From: an uncultured Chloroflexia bacterium
Lineage (GTDB): Bacteria; Chloroflexota; Dehalococcoidia; UBA2979
Length of the DNA: 64,000 bases
Direction: 5' to 3'
NCBI GenBank assembly: GCA_963728205.1
Contig: CAVSIV010000006.1
Location: 320,001-384,000, forward strand
Shown here: positions 1 to 10,001 of the stretch, in pieces
How positions within the stretch are numbered: position 1 is the first letter of the stretch
Layout: each line of letters opens with the position of its first letter
The notes under the pieces: generated by a model
Seen by the model: only the letters and a program-made list of their open reading frames with translations
Database searches by the model: none
What the model was told of the DNA's origin: nothing
Translations under genes and position numbers: made by a program

Positions 1-582
1 CGGGGCTGGATCACCGGCAGCGTCGGGGGCTCCGTCCCCGCCGTCTATGCCACAACGGATGGAGGCGGCTCATGGACGGTGCAGCGACTCTCACCACCGG
101 CCGGCTATGACCTCGCTGGCGCCGGCCTGACGGGGCCGCTCTTCCCCGGAGGGACCGCGGACGGGTTCCTGGTCTTCCGCGTGAGCCTGCCGGTGCCGGC
201 CAACAGTCCCCCGCGGAGCGTCAACTTCCGCACGTTCCTCTATCCGACGCACGACGGCGGGCGCACCTGGCTCTCGCCCGTCGCGCTGCCCGCCACCGCC
301 CCATCGGACACGGTGAGCTGCGTGGGATTCCTGGACGCGAGCCACTGGTGGCTCTCCGGCTGGCGCGAGCTCTGGACGACGGGCGATGGCGGAAGGACCT
401 GGCAACACTTCGCGCCGACCTTCTCGGGTGACGGCCGCTTCGGGTGCGTGACCTTCGCTGATCCCGTGCACGGCTACGCCGAGTTGGTGAGCGGGCCCGC
501 CACAGCCGCTCTCGAGCGCATCGGCTACCTGGAGTCGCGCGACGGTGGAAAGACGTGGAGTCCAACGTCACTTCCGCAGTGA
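1..582 (+). CDS. BNR/Asp-box (YCF48-like) repeat beta-propeller protein, 5'-partial
   Basis: Frame open from base 1; repeated TxDGGxTW motifs (TTDGGGSW, THDGGRTW, TGDGGRTW, SRDGGKTW). Confidence 0.8.
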   Translation, partial: RGWITGSVGGSVPAVYATTDGGGSWTVQRLSPPAGYDLAGAGLTGPLFPGGTADGFLVFRVSLPVPANSPPRSVNFRTFLYPTHDGGRTWLSPVALPATAPSDTVSCVGFLDASHWWLSGWRELWTTGDGGRTWQHFAPTFSGDGRFGCVTFADPVHGYAELVSGPATAALERIGYLESRDGGKTWSPTSLPQ

Positions 583-718
583 GTCACGGGGCTGCTTCTC
601 GGTGGACATCCCCCATGGCTGCGCACGTACCGAACCGCGTCGCTGGTTCAGACGGCGGCGAGCCGGGCGGCCGGCGCCGAGACGCTGCGGCGCCATATCG
701 CTCCCCTGCGGTGGCCGT

Positions 719-1453
719 TCACGGTGTCGCGCGGATCTGCATGAGAACGAGCCCGCCGGTCGCGGCGTCGAGGACGACACTCAGGAAATGCTCCGGCGGC
801 ACGGGTGTCGATGTCGCGTTGGGAGCGGTGGGGGCAGGTCCCCCGGATCCGTAGAACGTCCCCGAGAAGCTGAAAGCCCACACCGCGTCGCCGGCTTGCG
901 CTGGCAGGTTCCCGGGGAACAGTGTCCCCAGACGACCGCTCTCCGCTGAAAGGAGGGTCACGGGTGAGGTGGACATTCCCTGCGCGATCGGTTCGGCGAT
1001 CACCATGGCCTGGTCGAGTGTGAGGCCGCTCGTGACGAGCACGATCGTGCCGGAGGGGATCACCGCGGTCGGGAACAGGGCATTGAACGCCAGATTGGCG
1101 AAGTCGGGGGCGCCCGGAATGAGCACGTACGGCGCGCCGTCGACGAAGACCGTCGCAGACGTTGCACCCGCTCCTTGAACGATCGCCGCGAGCCCGCTCA
1201 CCGTGGGGTCGCTGCCGCCGTACCAGATGATCGGGCTGACGCCGAACGCGCCAATCGACCCGGCGTATGCGGCGCCCGGTTGCGTGCCCGGGGCGGTCGC
1301 CGGGGCCGGCGGTGCCGGTGTCGCGGTGGCGGTCGCCTCCATCAGCGCCGCGGAGGGTTGCGCAGGCTCGTGACGCGCTCCCGTTCCGTGCGCGGACGCG
1401 GGGCGGGCCTGTATTTCTTCGTTCCGCGGGGCGACGTCCCGCCCGCGCGGCAT
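719..1453 (-). CDS. Hypothetical exported-type protein with 'GAPxFAN' domain; start uncertain, possibly 5'-truncated
   Basis: T/P/A-rich linker followed by YVLIPGAPDFANLAF, similar to GYTVGAPAFANASW in 7202..7873; no clear signal peptide. Confidence 0.55.
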   Translation of the reverse strand: MPRGRDVAPRNEEIQARPASAHGTGARHEPAQPSAALMEATATATPAPPAPATAPGTQPGAAYAGSIGAFGVSPIIWYGGSDPTVSGLAAIVQGAGATSATVFVDGAPYVLIPGAPDFANLAFNALFPTAVIPSGTIVLVTSGLTLDQAMVIAEPIAQGMSTSPVTLLSAESGRLGTLFPGNLPAQAGDAVWAFSFSGTFYGSGGPAPTAPNATSTPVPPEHFLSVVLDAATGGLVLMQIRATP

Positions 1454-1470
1454 TGCCGGCGCGCTATCGT

Positions 1471-1484
1471 GGTATCTTGATACC
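1471..1484. promoter_or_regulatory. Palindromic operator upstream of the TA operon
   Basis: GGTATC-TT-GATACC 13 nt before the antitoxin ATG. Confidence 0.5.
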
Positions 1485-1497
1485 GAGGTGAGTAGCG

Positions 1498-1713
1498 ATG
1501 GCTGACCAGAAGAGCATGACGTTGCGCCTGTCGGCCGAGCAGGCAGACGAGCTGGAGGCGGTCGCCCGCGCGGAGGGGATCAGCGTCTCGGATGCGGTCC
1601 GAGAGGCGATCACCGAGCACATCGATCGCAAGCGGAAGGACAAGGCGTTCCGTGAACGGCTGCGGGCCGTGATGGACCGCGATCGCGAGATCCTCGAGCG
1701 CCTCGCCCGCTGA
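1498..1713 (+). CDS. Ribbon-helix-helix (CopG-like) antitoxin
   Basis: MTLRLS-helix-GISVSDAVREAI RHH pattern; 71 aa; directly upstream of a Doc toxin. Confidence 0.8.
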   Translation: MADQKSMTLRLSAEQADELEAVARAEGISVSDAVREAITEHIDRKRKDKAFRERLRAVMDRDREILERLAR

Positions 1714-1716
1714 CGC

Positions 1717-2103
1717 TTGGCGGAGTACCTCGACCTCGCTGACTACCTCCTGATCGCGGAAGCCGTGCTCGGCGTGCCGGCCGAGGAGATCGCCCGCTGG
1801 CCCGGGATCGCGCTCGCCGACTCCGCGCTGCACGCACCCGCGGCGGGCTTCGGCGGAGTCGAGCTCTACCCGGACCTCTTCGACAAGGCCGCCGTCCTCT
1901 GCGCGCACCTGGCTCGCAATCATCCGCTTCCGGACGGAAACAAGCGCGTCGCCTACCTCGCGCTGCTCGAGTTCCTGGCCCGGAACGAGATCGAGTGGGT
2001 GCCGCCGTCGGTGGACGAGACCGTGGCGACGATCGAACGCGTTGCCGCCGGGACGATCTCGGAGCGCGAACTCGCGGACTGGCTGCGGGCGAACCACCCC
2101 TGA
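1717..2103 (+). CDS. doc: Death-on-curing (Doc/Fic) family toxin
   Basis: KAAVL...NHPLPDGNKR Doc-type Fic motif. Confidence 0.88.
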   Translation: MAEYLDLADYLLIAEAVLGVPAEEIARWPGIALADSALHAPAAGFGGVELYPDLFDKAAVLCAHLARNHPLPDGNKRVAYLALLEFLARNEIEWVPPSVDETVATIERVAAGTISERELADWLRANHP

Positions 2104-2342
2104 GCCGGCGCGCGGAGAACCTGGGTCGGGGCGAATCGCGCTCGGCGTCGTCGTGGCTGCCGCACTCGCCCACCCGGGGCTGGTGTCGATCTGCCGGGCG
2201 TAGCGGTGGGCCAGAGGTCGCCGCCCCCGGGGGACGTCTCGCGCGGCCGGCAGGCCATGCGCCAGACATGTCACGACCCGTCGGCGGTCTGCGTCAGGCC
2301 GGGCGTCGACCATGCCGCGTGATGGCGCGGGTCCGAGGGGAG

Positions 2343-3368
2343 CTACGGCCCGCTCCCGCTCGGCGCCCACGCGACGACTGGCTCGCGGCTGAACCCAAAG
2401 TGAAAGTCGAGGCCGCCGAGCGCGGCGAGGTCGACCACCTCCCGGTTGGCCGTGCCGTCGTTCCGCATGACGCGCAGCGTCGCGCCCGCGAGGAACGCGA
2501 TCCACCCACCGTCGGGCGACGGCACCGGCGCGACGCCCGCCGTGATCGCGCGCATCGCGTTCGGGGTGCCGACACGGATCGGCGCGGCCTGGTGGAAGGA
2601 GCCAACGACCCACCGGTCGCCTGGAATCTCGGACGCGATCCCGCCGCTGCCGGCTACCAACCCGGCGATGGTCGTCGCGGATCCGTCGAGCCCGAACACG
2701 GTCACCGACGACGAGACGTTGCTCGCGGACACCGCGACCCGGTCGCTCGAGACCCATGTTCCCGTCATGAACGCGGCGTCGGACTTCGCCACCAGCCGCC
2801 GGTCCGTACCGTCGGCAGCCATCGTCCAGACCTCGTTCACGCCGCTGCCGCCGATGCGCGACATCCCGTACAGCAGGCGAGTCCCGTCGGGCGACCACGC
2901 GACGCGGTCCACGCCGATCGCGAACGGCACCCCCGGCAGCGAGAGGTCGTACCGGACCGTCCGCGCGACGGCCAGCTGGTGCGCGTGCGAGCCATCGGCG
3001 TCGGCGACCCAGATGTTGTAGCCCTGCACGAAGGCGAGCCGTGTCCCGTCCGGCGACAGTGACGGCGACCAGGCAGAGTTCATGAGGCCGTCGGGGCTGC
3101 CGTCGACGAGCTTCTGCAGGTGCGATCCGTCCGCGTCGACCGAGTAGATGCTCCCGCCGGCGGCGAAGAGGAGCGTGGCCGCCGGCGGCGCCGGCTCGGA
3201 CGTTGCAGGCGGCGATGCCGCGACCGTGGGCGTCGCGGTGACGCGGGAGGGTGTGCTCGCGTCCACCGGCTTCGACGGACGCGTCGGCCTCCCGCTGCAC
3301 GCGGCGACCAGCAGCAGAGCGGCGAGAAGCCACACTGGCCTCCCGCGGCGCCGCGGCGGTTGGATCAC
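2343..3368 (-). CDS. TolB/PD40-like beta-propeller lipoprotein
   Basis: GTG overlaps upstream TGA; lipobox LLVAAC; SPSLSPDGTRLAF, WSPDGTRL and PSPDGGWIAF repeats. Confidence 0.75.
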   Translation of the reverse strand: MIQPPRRRGRPVWLLAALLLVAACSGRPTRPSKPVDASTPSRVTATPTVAASPPATSEPAPPAATLLFAAGGSIYSVDADGSHLQKLVDGSPDGLMNSAWSPSLSPDGTRLAFVQGYNIWVADADGSHAHQLAVARTVRYDLSLPGVPFAIGVDRVAWSPDGTRLLYGMSRIGGSGVNEVWTMAADGTDRRLVAKSDAAFMTGTWVSSDRVAVSASNVSSSVTVFGLDGSATTIAGLVAGSGGIASEIPGDRWVVGSFHQAAPIRVGTPNAMRAITAGVAPVPSPDGGWIAFLAGATLRVMRNDGTANREVVDLAALGGLDFHFGFSREPVVAWAPSGSGP

Positions 3369-5177
3369 GGGGTCGCCCCCGGCGCCGGCGCGGTGCCGAC
3401 GTCGATGATGCCGATCACCTGAAGGCTGCGGCCGGGCGCGACCGTCTCCCCGCCCACGAGCAGCGTCGCGGGCGGGTCGGACGTCGACAGGCAGTCGTCG
3501 GGCGCGCGCAGCACGCCAAACCGGGGATACCCGGGCTCGACGCGCCCGCGGCACTCGAACGCGATAGCGCGCCCGCCGTACCACCGCGTGAGCACAGCGA
3601 GGGGGTCCGCCACCGGGCGCGGCGGCGCGCCGTCGGTGGCGACCAGGAGCCACGACGGCGGCGCGATCGCCCACTGGCAGCTCGCCGCCTCGTCCGGGTC
3701 CGAGGGGTACGGCCGCGCCTGGACGAGGAGCTCGGTCGAGTCGGGCGCCCACTCCCAGGGGAGGAAGGTGCGCGTCTCGTCGTGCAGTGTGTTCAGCGGG
3801 GCGCTCGAGTCGAGGTCCGTGATCCGCACGTCGTGCGTCGCGGCGGCCATACAGCCCAGGCTCCCGCGCACCTCTGCCACGCGCCGGCCGCTCGGCGCGA
3901 GGTAGGTCCACCCGGTGGTGTCGTGGATGGTGACCGTGCCGCCGGGCCACGCGGTCGCGAGACCCGCGGGCCCCTCGAGCGAGCGGACGAGGTCGATGAC
4001 CACGCCCCGCCCGTCGTCGTGCCATCCGTGTGGCTGGATGAACCGCGACGGCGCCGCGGGAATCGCGTCCGCGGTGATGCGCCACTGCTCGCGCCCCGAG
4101 GCGACGTCGTAGACGGCAACCGCGTCGGGGAACGGGCTGTCCGCGCTGGTCTCGAGTGCCACCGCGAGCGAGCGCCCATCCTGGGACACGGCCATCCCGC
4201 TCACGCTTCCGTAGGAGCCATCGCGCGGCGGGGACGCGTCGAGCAGCGTCCGCAGGTGCGTCCCGTTGAGCGCGTAGACCTCGATTCGAGCGCTCGAAGT
4301 CGACGAGCAGCTCGTGGTTCGCGATCAGCACCTGGCTGGCGTAGTTGCCCACGCCGCCCAGGTCGAAGGATGCGACCTGGCGGTGCGCGCCGAGGTCGTA
4401 GGTGATGACCTCCAGCGTGGGCCAGAGGCGCCCGCGGACGACGCGGGTGAAGACGACCAGCGGGCCCACCGCGCCGACCGGCAGACCGTCCGCGAGCGCG
4501 ACCGGCGTCGGGGTCGGCGTCGGCGGCTCGTAGGTGATCGCGACCTGCACGTCCGACGCGGCGAGTGCGGCGCCGTCCGTTCGCATCCTCGCGGTGGCCG
4601 GCCGCTGCGCACGCAGGTAGCCGAGGAACTGCGCGTCGGCGATGTTGAGGACGATCCCGCCGTCGGACGGCGCGGCGTCGATCAGCGCAGACACCAGCGT
4701 GTACGGCGTCGGGGTGCCCGGGCCGTTCAGCAGCTGCGCGCGCACGTCGAGTTGCTCCATCAACGAGCCGGCGTCCGAATCGATCTGCCGAGCGCCAGGC
4801 GGCTTCGTGTGCGTGGCGGCGAGCTCGACGATGCGTCCGTTGAGCTCGAAGTCGGCACGCCAGGCGTACTCGACGGCGCCGTCCGGGGTGCCAGCGAGGT
4901 TCCATGAGACTTCGCGGACGAACGGGGTCGGGAACCAGAAGCGCGCGGCGTCGGCGTCGACGCGCGCCCACGGGGTCGGGGCGGGGCTCGGGGCGCCCGA
5001 GGGTGTCCCCGATGTGCGAGCGGCGCCGGGGGCGGTTGCGGAGCCGAAAGCGGACGGCGACCCCGGCGGCGCGCTCGTGCAGGCGGCAAGCGCGGCCACG
5101 AGCAGCAGCGTCGCGAACGAGGCGCGCACCGCATGCAGCCGCGCGCCCACAGCCAGCGCACCGCATCGCGCGCTCAC
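3365..5177 (-). CDS. Two-domain lipoprotein with C-terminal beta-propeller (frameshift ~4280)
   Basis: Lipobox AALAAC in one frame; continues in ORF 3365..4204 (VSQDGR, WEWAPDS); GTGA overlap with upstream gene. Confidence 0.6.
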
Positions 5178-7061
5178 GGCGTCGCTCCCGGCCCGCGCCA
5201 CCACGCGCAGTACTCGTCCCAGCCCGTGTGCCCGTAGAACCCGAACCAGCCCGGGGCGAGCGACGACCCGCTGTCCGCGCCGAGCGAGAGATTGGCGACC
5301 TTCACGGCGCCGCCGCCCGACGACGGCATCAGCCAGAGCGATGCCGCGTCGCCGGACGCCGCGAAGCGCGCGAAGAGGATCGCCGAGCCGTCCGCCGACC
5401 AGAGCGGACGCTCGTCGCGGTAGCCGGCGTCGGGCGTGAGCTGGCGCGCGTGCGAGCCGTCGGGCCACATCAGCCAGATGCGACGCGCGTTCAAGCCCGC
5501 GTGCGCGGGGTCGCCGCCGCCGACCCGCCCGATGTCCGGCGCGCTCGCGTAGGCGATCTCCGTCCCGTGCGGCGAAGCAGCTGGCTCGAGCGCCGCGACC
5601 GACGCGTCGGTGAGGTCGACGACCTTGCCCGTCGCGGCGTCGACGGCGGCGATCCGCTTGTTCGTCCACGTCTCGCGGTCGGGACCGGCGGTCAGCAGGA
5701 ACGGAGACACCTTGCCGATCTCGTCCATCAGATCGGGGTAGGTCAGCGCGGCGTCGACGAGCGTGCGCGGCGGCCCGTGCCCGTCGGCGGCGACGGCACG
5801 CAGGCCGAGCCCGTCGGCGCCGATCGAGGCCGAGAAGGCCGGGTCGACGAAGTACAGCAGGTCCTTCCCGTCGTCCGACCAGCCGACCAGGACGATGCCA
5901 TCGCCGGCCTTGATGTCGGTGTGCAGGACCGGCGTCTCCGCGAGCCCCGGCAGGTCGACGACGGTGAGGCTGGACGCCCACTGCTTCGGCACAGGTCCGG
6001 CGGGACGGTTCGCCGCGGCCGCGATGCGCCGCCCATCCGGGCTCCACGCGACGTACTGCGGCACCGCGTCGAGCGGGACCGGTTGTCGCCACGCGCCGTC
6101 GGCGCTCTCGAGGACCAGGCCGCCGGGGTCACGGCAGGCGAGCGCGTCCGCGATGGGTGACCACGCGAGGCACCCGGCCGCGGTGCGCCACTCGCCGCCA
6201 TCGGCGCGGACCACGACGTCACCCGCGAGGATCCACTCCCCGGAGGGCGACCAGCGCGGCGAGGAGGCGTGACCGGAGTCGAGGATCTCGCGCGGCGTGC
6301 CGTCGGGCAGCGCGCGCACCCAGAGGTTGCCGTCCTGGACGTAGGCGAGCGTGCCGAGGTCGGTTGCGCCGCCTGCCGTCGGCGGCACGCGGGTGAGCGA
6401 GTCGGCGATCCGTGCAATGTCTGCGGGGGTGAGATCGAACGAGAACGCGCGGATGGAGTAGAACTCGCCCTGCCCGTGCCAGCTCACGATGTAGCCGGGT
6501 GCCCCATCGGTGTCCTGGCTCGGGCTGATCGTGACCGAGGTCGCGACGCCGCGGACCGTCACAGGCTGCGACGTCATGCCGGGTCCGCCGGGGAAGTTCC
6601 CCCACTGCCCCATGCTGAACCAGATGTGCTCGTGCCGGCTCGGAGGTGTAGCCGATTGCGTAGACAGGCCCGAGGCCCAACACGTCGTCGATGCATGCCT
6701 GCACCAGCCGCGGCTCTCCGAAACGGGCGGGAAGGTCGCGAGGACGCAGGACGGCGATGTCGGCTGGGAGCCGCGCGCGGGCTCTCGTCCAGGCGTCCTG
6801 ATCGTTCGGCGCGGGTGGGAAGTCGTAACACTTCGGATTGGGTTGGGGGGTGACCGTGGGCGGTGGGGTCGCGAACGGCGCGGCGACCGCGCCCGTCACG
6901 GCCGGCGTGCTGGTCGCGGTCGCGGCGGTTGCGGTCGCAAGCGCGCTCGTCGCGGAGGCCGTCGCGTTCGGCACGCCTGACCGGCAGCCGGCGAGCACCA
7001 GGAGCGTGCCGGCGAGCAGCGCCGGCAATCCGCGTCGCGCGGACCGTCGTGGCGTCATCAC
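5174..7061 (-). CDS. Lipoprotein with C-terminal TolB-like propeller (frameshift ~6625)
   Basis: N-terminal LLVLAGC lipobox in 6219..7061; WSPSG/WSPDG/WSADG repeats in 5174..6613. Confidence 0.65.
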
Positions 7062-7201
7062 CTGGTGCCCCTCACCGTCTCCGTCGCTGCCTGACGACGC
7101 GGGCTGCGCTTGCGTTCCGCGCGGCGGCCCGCTCGCAGCCGTCTCGACTCCGCCCCGCCCAGGCGATCAGGGTGCCGCCGCCCATCCGGGAACGCCGGAG
7201 A

Positions 7202-7873
7202 TCACTCGAAGACGCAGAACTCCGCGTGTTCCATCGAGTATCCGCCGGTGGTAAGGCCGATCGTGAACTCCCCGACGACGACGCCATCGTCACTGACGAG
7301 GTTCCAGACCACCTGGGATGTCGTTGTGTTCGCCTCGACAAACGTGCCACGTGGGAGCGCGCTGAGGGTCTTGATGCCCTGATCGAGCGCGTCTCGCGGC
7401 GTCTCGGTTCCCGGAGCGCCGGGCGTGCGGTCGAAGACCTGGCTGCTGGCCTCACAGAAGCCGAGGCCGGGCGTCTTGCAGACGATGAGGAGCGGTTGCG
7501 GCGACAAGTCTTCCCCGACGCGCGACAACCAGCTTGCGTTCGCGAACGCGGGCGCTCCCACGGTGTAGCCAACGAACTTTCCCTTGACCGTCAGCCAAAC
7601 CGAGGACAGCGTGCAGCCCTGCTGTGCGGCCGCGACCTGCAGCGACTCCATCGTGCCGCCGCCCCACTCCACGAGCGCGACGCCGCCGGCCGTCCGTCCC
7701 GACGGCACGTCACCCGTCAGAGCGCCCTGCGCCGATGCTGAGTTTGGCGCGAGCACTGAGAGCATGAGCAGCGTCCCAACGACCGCGACAACCGGCCCGA
7801 GCCTCGCCAGTCGCCCTCTCCTCGATGCCCGCGTTCGGGCGCGCGTCGCCGGCAATCCGGCAGCTGTCTCCAT
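7202..7873 (-). CDS. Secreted protein with 'GAPxFAN' domain
   Basis: ATG overlaps upstream TAA; signal peptide ending ASA-Q; motif shared with 719..1453. Confidence 0.65.
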   Translation of the reverse strand: METAAGLPATRARTRASRRGRLARLGPVVAVVGTLLMLSVLAPNSASAQGALTGDVPSGRTAGGVALVEWGGGTMESLQVAAAQQGCTLSSVWLTVKGKFVGYTVGAPAFANASWLSRVGEDLSPQPLLIVCKTPGLGFCEASSQVFDRTPGAPGTETPRDALDQGIKTLSALPRGTFVEANTTTSQVVWNLVSDDGVVVGEFTIGLTTGGYSMEHAEFCVFE

Positions 7874-9895
7874 TAGTTCCCCCAGGCCGGACCTCGCAGC
7901 CACGTCGCATTCGAGAGCCGCGGCCGGAGGTCGAACGCTGCGCAGACGCCGCCGGAGCCGATGAGACGGCCGTCCGCGTCGAAGCCCAGCCACAACACCT
8001 TGTCGTACCCAAAGAGCGCCGCGTATCGAACCGGTGTCTCCGCGATCTCCATCACTCCGATGAGGTGGGGACCCAATCCCGAGGGGTCGAGGCTCGGCGC
8101 GAACGTGATCCCCGGAGCGACGAAGTGGACCGCCTCATCCGGACATCCGCCGGCCACGATTGCAGGCACCGACGTGCCTGCCGGCTTGCCCTCGGGGCAC
8201 TCCGGCGCGCGCTGTGGCGCGGGCTCCGGATTGACAACGCACGGTCCCGCCGTCGTCGATAGCAGCGCGCCGAGCCGTTCCCCGTCGCCGGCCAGCGCGG
8301 CATCTACCGCGGGCTGGATGTCGCCGGGCAGCGCGTTCGACGCGGTCGTTGGAGGTGCGAGCAGGAAGTTCGGTGCGCCATCGGTACTCGCGCGCCCGAT
8401 TTGCGTCGCGGGTGAGTCCTGCCCGCACCCGGTCTGGATCGTCGTGATGCCCCGATCGTTCAGGTAGAGCAGCAGCGCACCGTGCTGGGCGTCATTGCCG
8501 GCCGGGACGAGAACGGCGGCGACCTGGCCCCGGAAGAAGCCGTCGGTGGCAGGAGCGACCGGTCCGCGATCCACCACGGCATAGAGACGCCAGTCCACCG
8601 GGAGGAGGAAGTCGAGCAGCCCGTCCATTTCGTCACGACGCACATACCCGCCCTCGCACTGCGCCGACGGAAGCACGGCCACGGGCGCGCCCGGCGCCTC
8701 GTCCGCGCGACACAGCGGCGGTGAGCCGATGCCCGACGGCGCCACGACGCAGCCGACCTCGGAGAAGTCAATCGCCGCGACGAGCGCCGCACAATCCTTC
8801 GCTGCGAGCGCGTCGAGGACGGCGTCGACGGCCGCGACACCGGAGCGTCGACCCGGGTCGATGGCGGCGTCGCTCGCAGACGGGGGTGGGACGATAAAGG
8901 CGCGTGGCGGGTACGGCACGCATTCGGTTAGCAGCCCGACAATCTGTCCCCCCGCCTCCAGCAGGCCAGCCTGGGTCCACCGGTACGGCGCAGTCTCGAG
9001 CACAACCACCAGGAGGTGGTCGGCGGGCGGTTGAAAGCCGTCGGGCACGGTCGCGACGGCCTGCAGCGCGTACGCCTGGATGGCGAGGGACTCGAAGCGG
9101 CTTGCCACGTCGCCGGCGTCGAGCGACTGGTCGACGTTGCAGTGCCGCGCGGGAAGCGTGCCCTGCTTGTACCTCGCGGCCGCGGTGAGGGCCGCAGCGT
9201 CGTGTGCGGCGAGGGCGCCGACGAGCGTGTCCACCGAGGGCACGCCGGTCTCCGGGACGCCTGCCGCGAACGCGTAGCCGGCCGGCGGTTGCGGGAGGTC
9301 CTTCGCGGGCGGCAGCACGAGGAAGTCTTCCAGCGGGCCGCCGGCGGCGTAGCGCGGATCCTGCAGGATCGTCAGGTCGACGACGTCGTTGCCGGCGACC
9401 GCGAAGCGCCAGCCCTCGTGCGCCTCCGGGCTGTCGACGGCCAGCACGACGTCGACGGCGTGCCGCGGACCGGCCTGGGGTTGGTCGGGAGCGACGGCGT
9501 AGAGCGACCGCGCGGCCGCAGCCAGACGCGGTGCCCACTGGCTCGCGGGGAGCATGCGATCGTCCGTGGTCCCGCCGCCGGACTCGCGGGCGTCGAGGGT
9601 GCCGAAGCGCCGCTCGAGCGCCACTGCGTCGTCAGAGAGCAAGTGCTCGATGAGCGCATTGAGCGCCGGGTCGGAGGTGCGCCCGTCGGGCGCCATTGCC
9701 GGGGTGGCGGTCGGTGCCGCGTCCGCCGCAGTGGGAGAGGCCGTCCTGGCGGTGGTCGGCGAGGGAGAGGCGCCGGCCGATGTCGTCGGTGACGGGGCCG
9801 GAGCACGGCTGCTCGAGCACGCTGCCCCAGTGACGGCCGCGATCAGGATTCAGGAGGGCGGCGTACAGGCACGACCGTCGCGTGCGGAGCCTCAC
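7873..9895 (-). CDS. Lipoprotein with four tandem 'TGxxxVD..A..D..L' Cys-rich modules (frameshift ~9850)
   Basis: GTG at 9895 gives a signal peptide ending GAAC if one base near 9850 is removed; ORF 7873..9696 shows four related repeats. Confidence 0.65.
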
Positions 9896-10001
9896 AGGCC
9901 TCTGCCTATGCGGACGATGAGGTGTGACTGGTCTCCGCTCCAAGCAATGACGAGCAGGGCGTGCCTCTCCACTGGTGCGCAACGGAGACTGGCGCGTTCC
10001 C

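Noticed and set aside
2343-6092. 1249-aa ORF as a single giant protein
   Set aside because: A composite of shadow-frame R/A-rich sequence and parts of two separate lipoprotein genes
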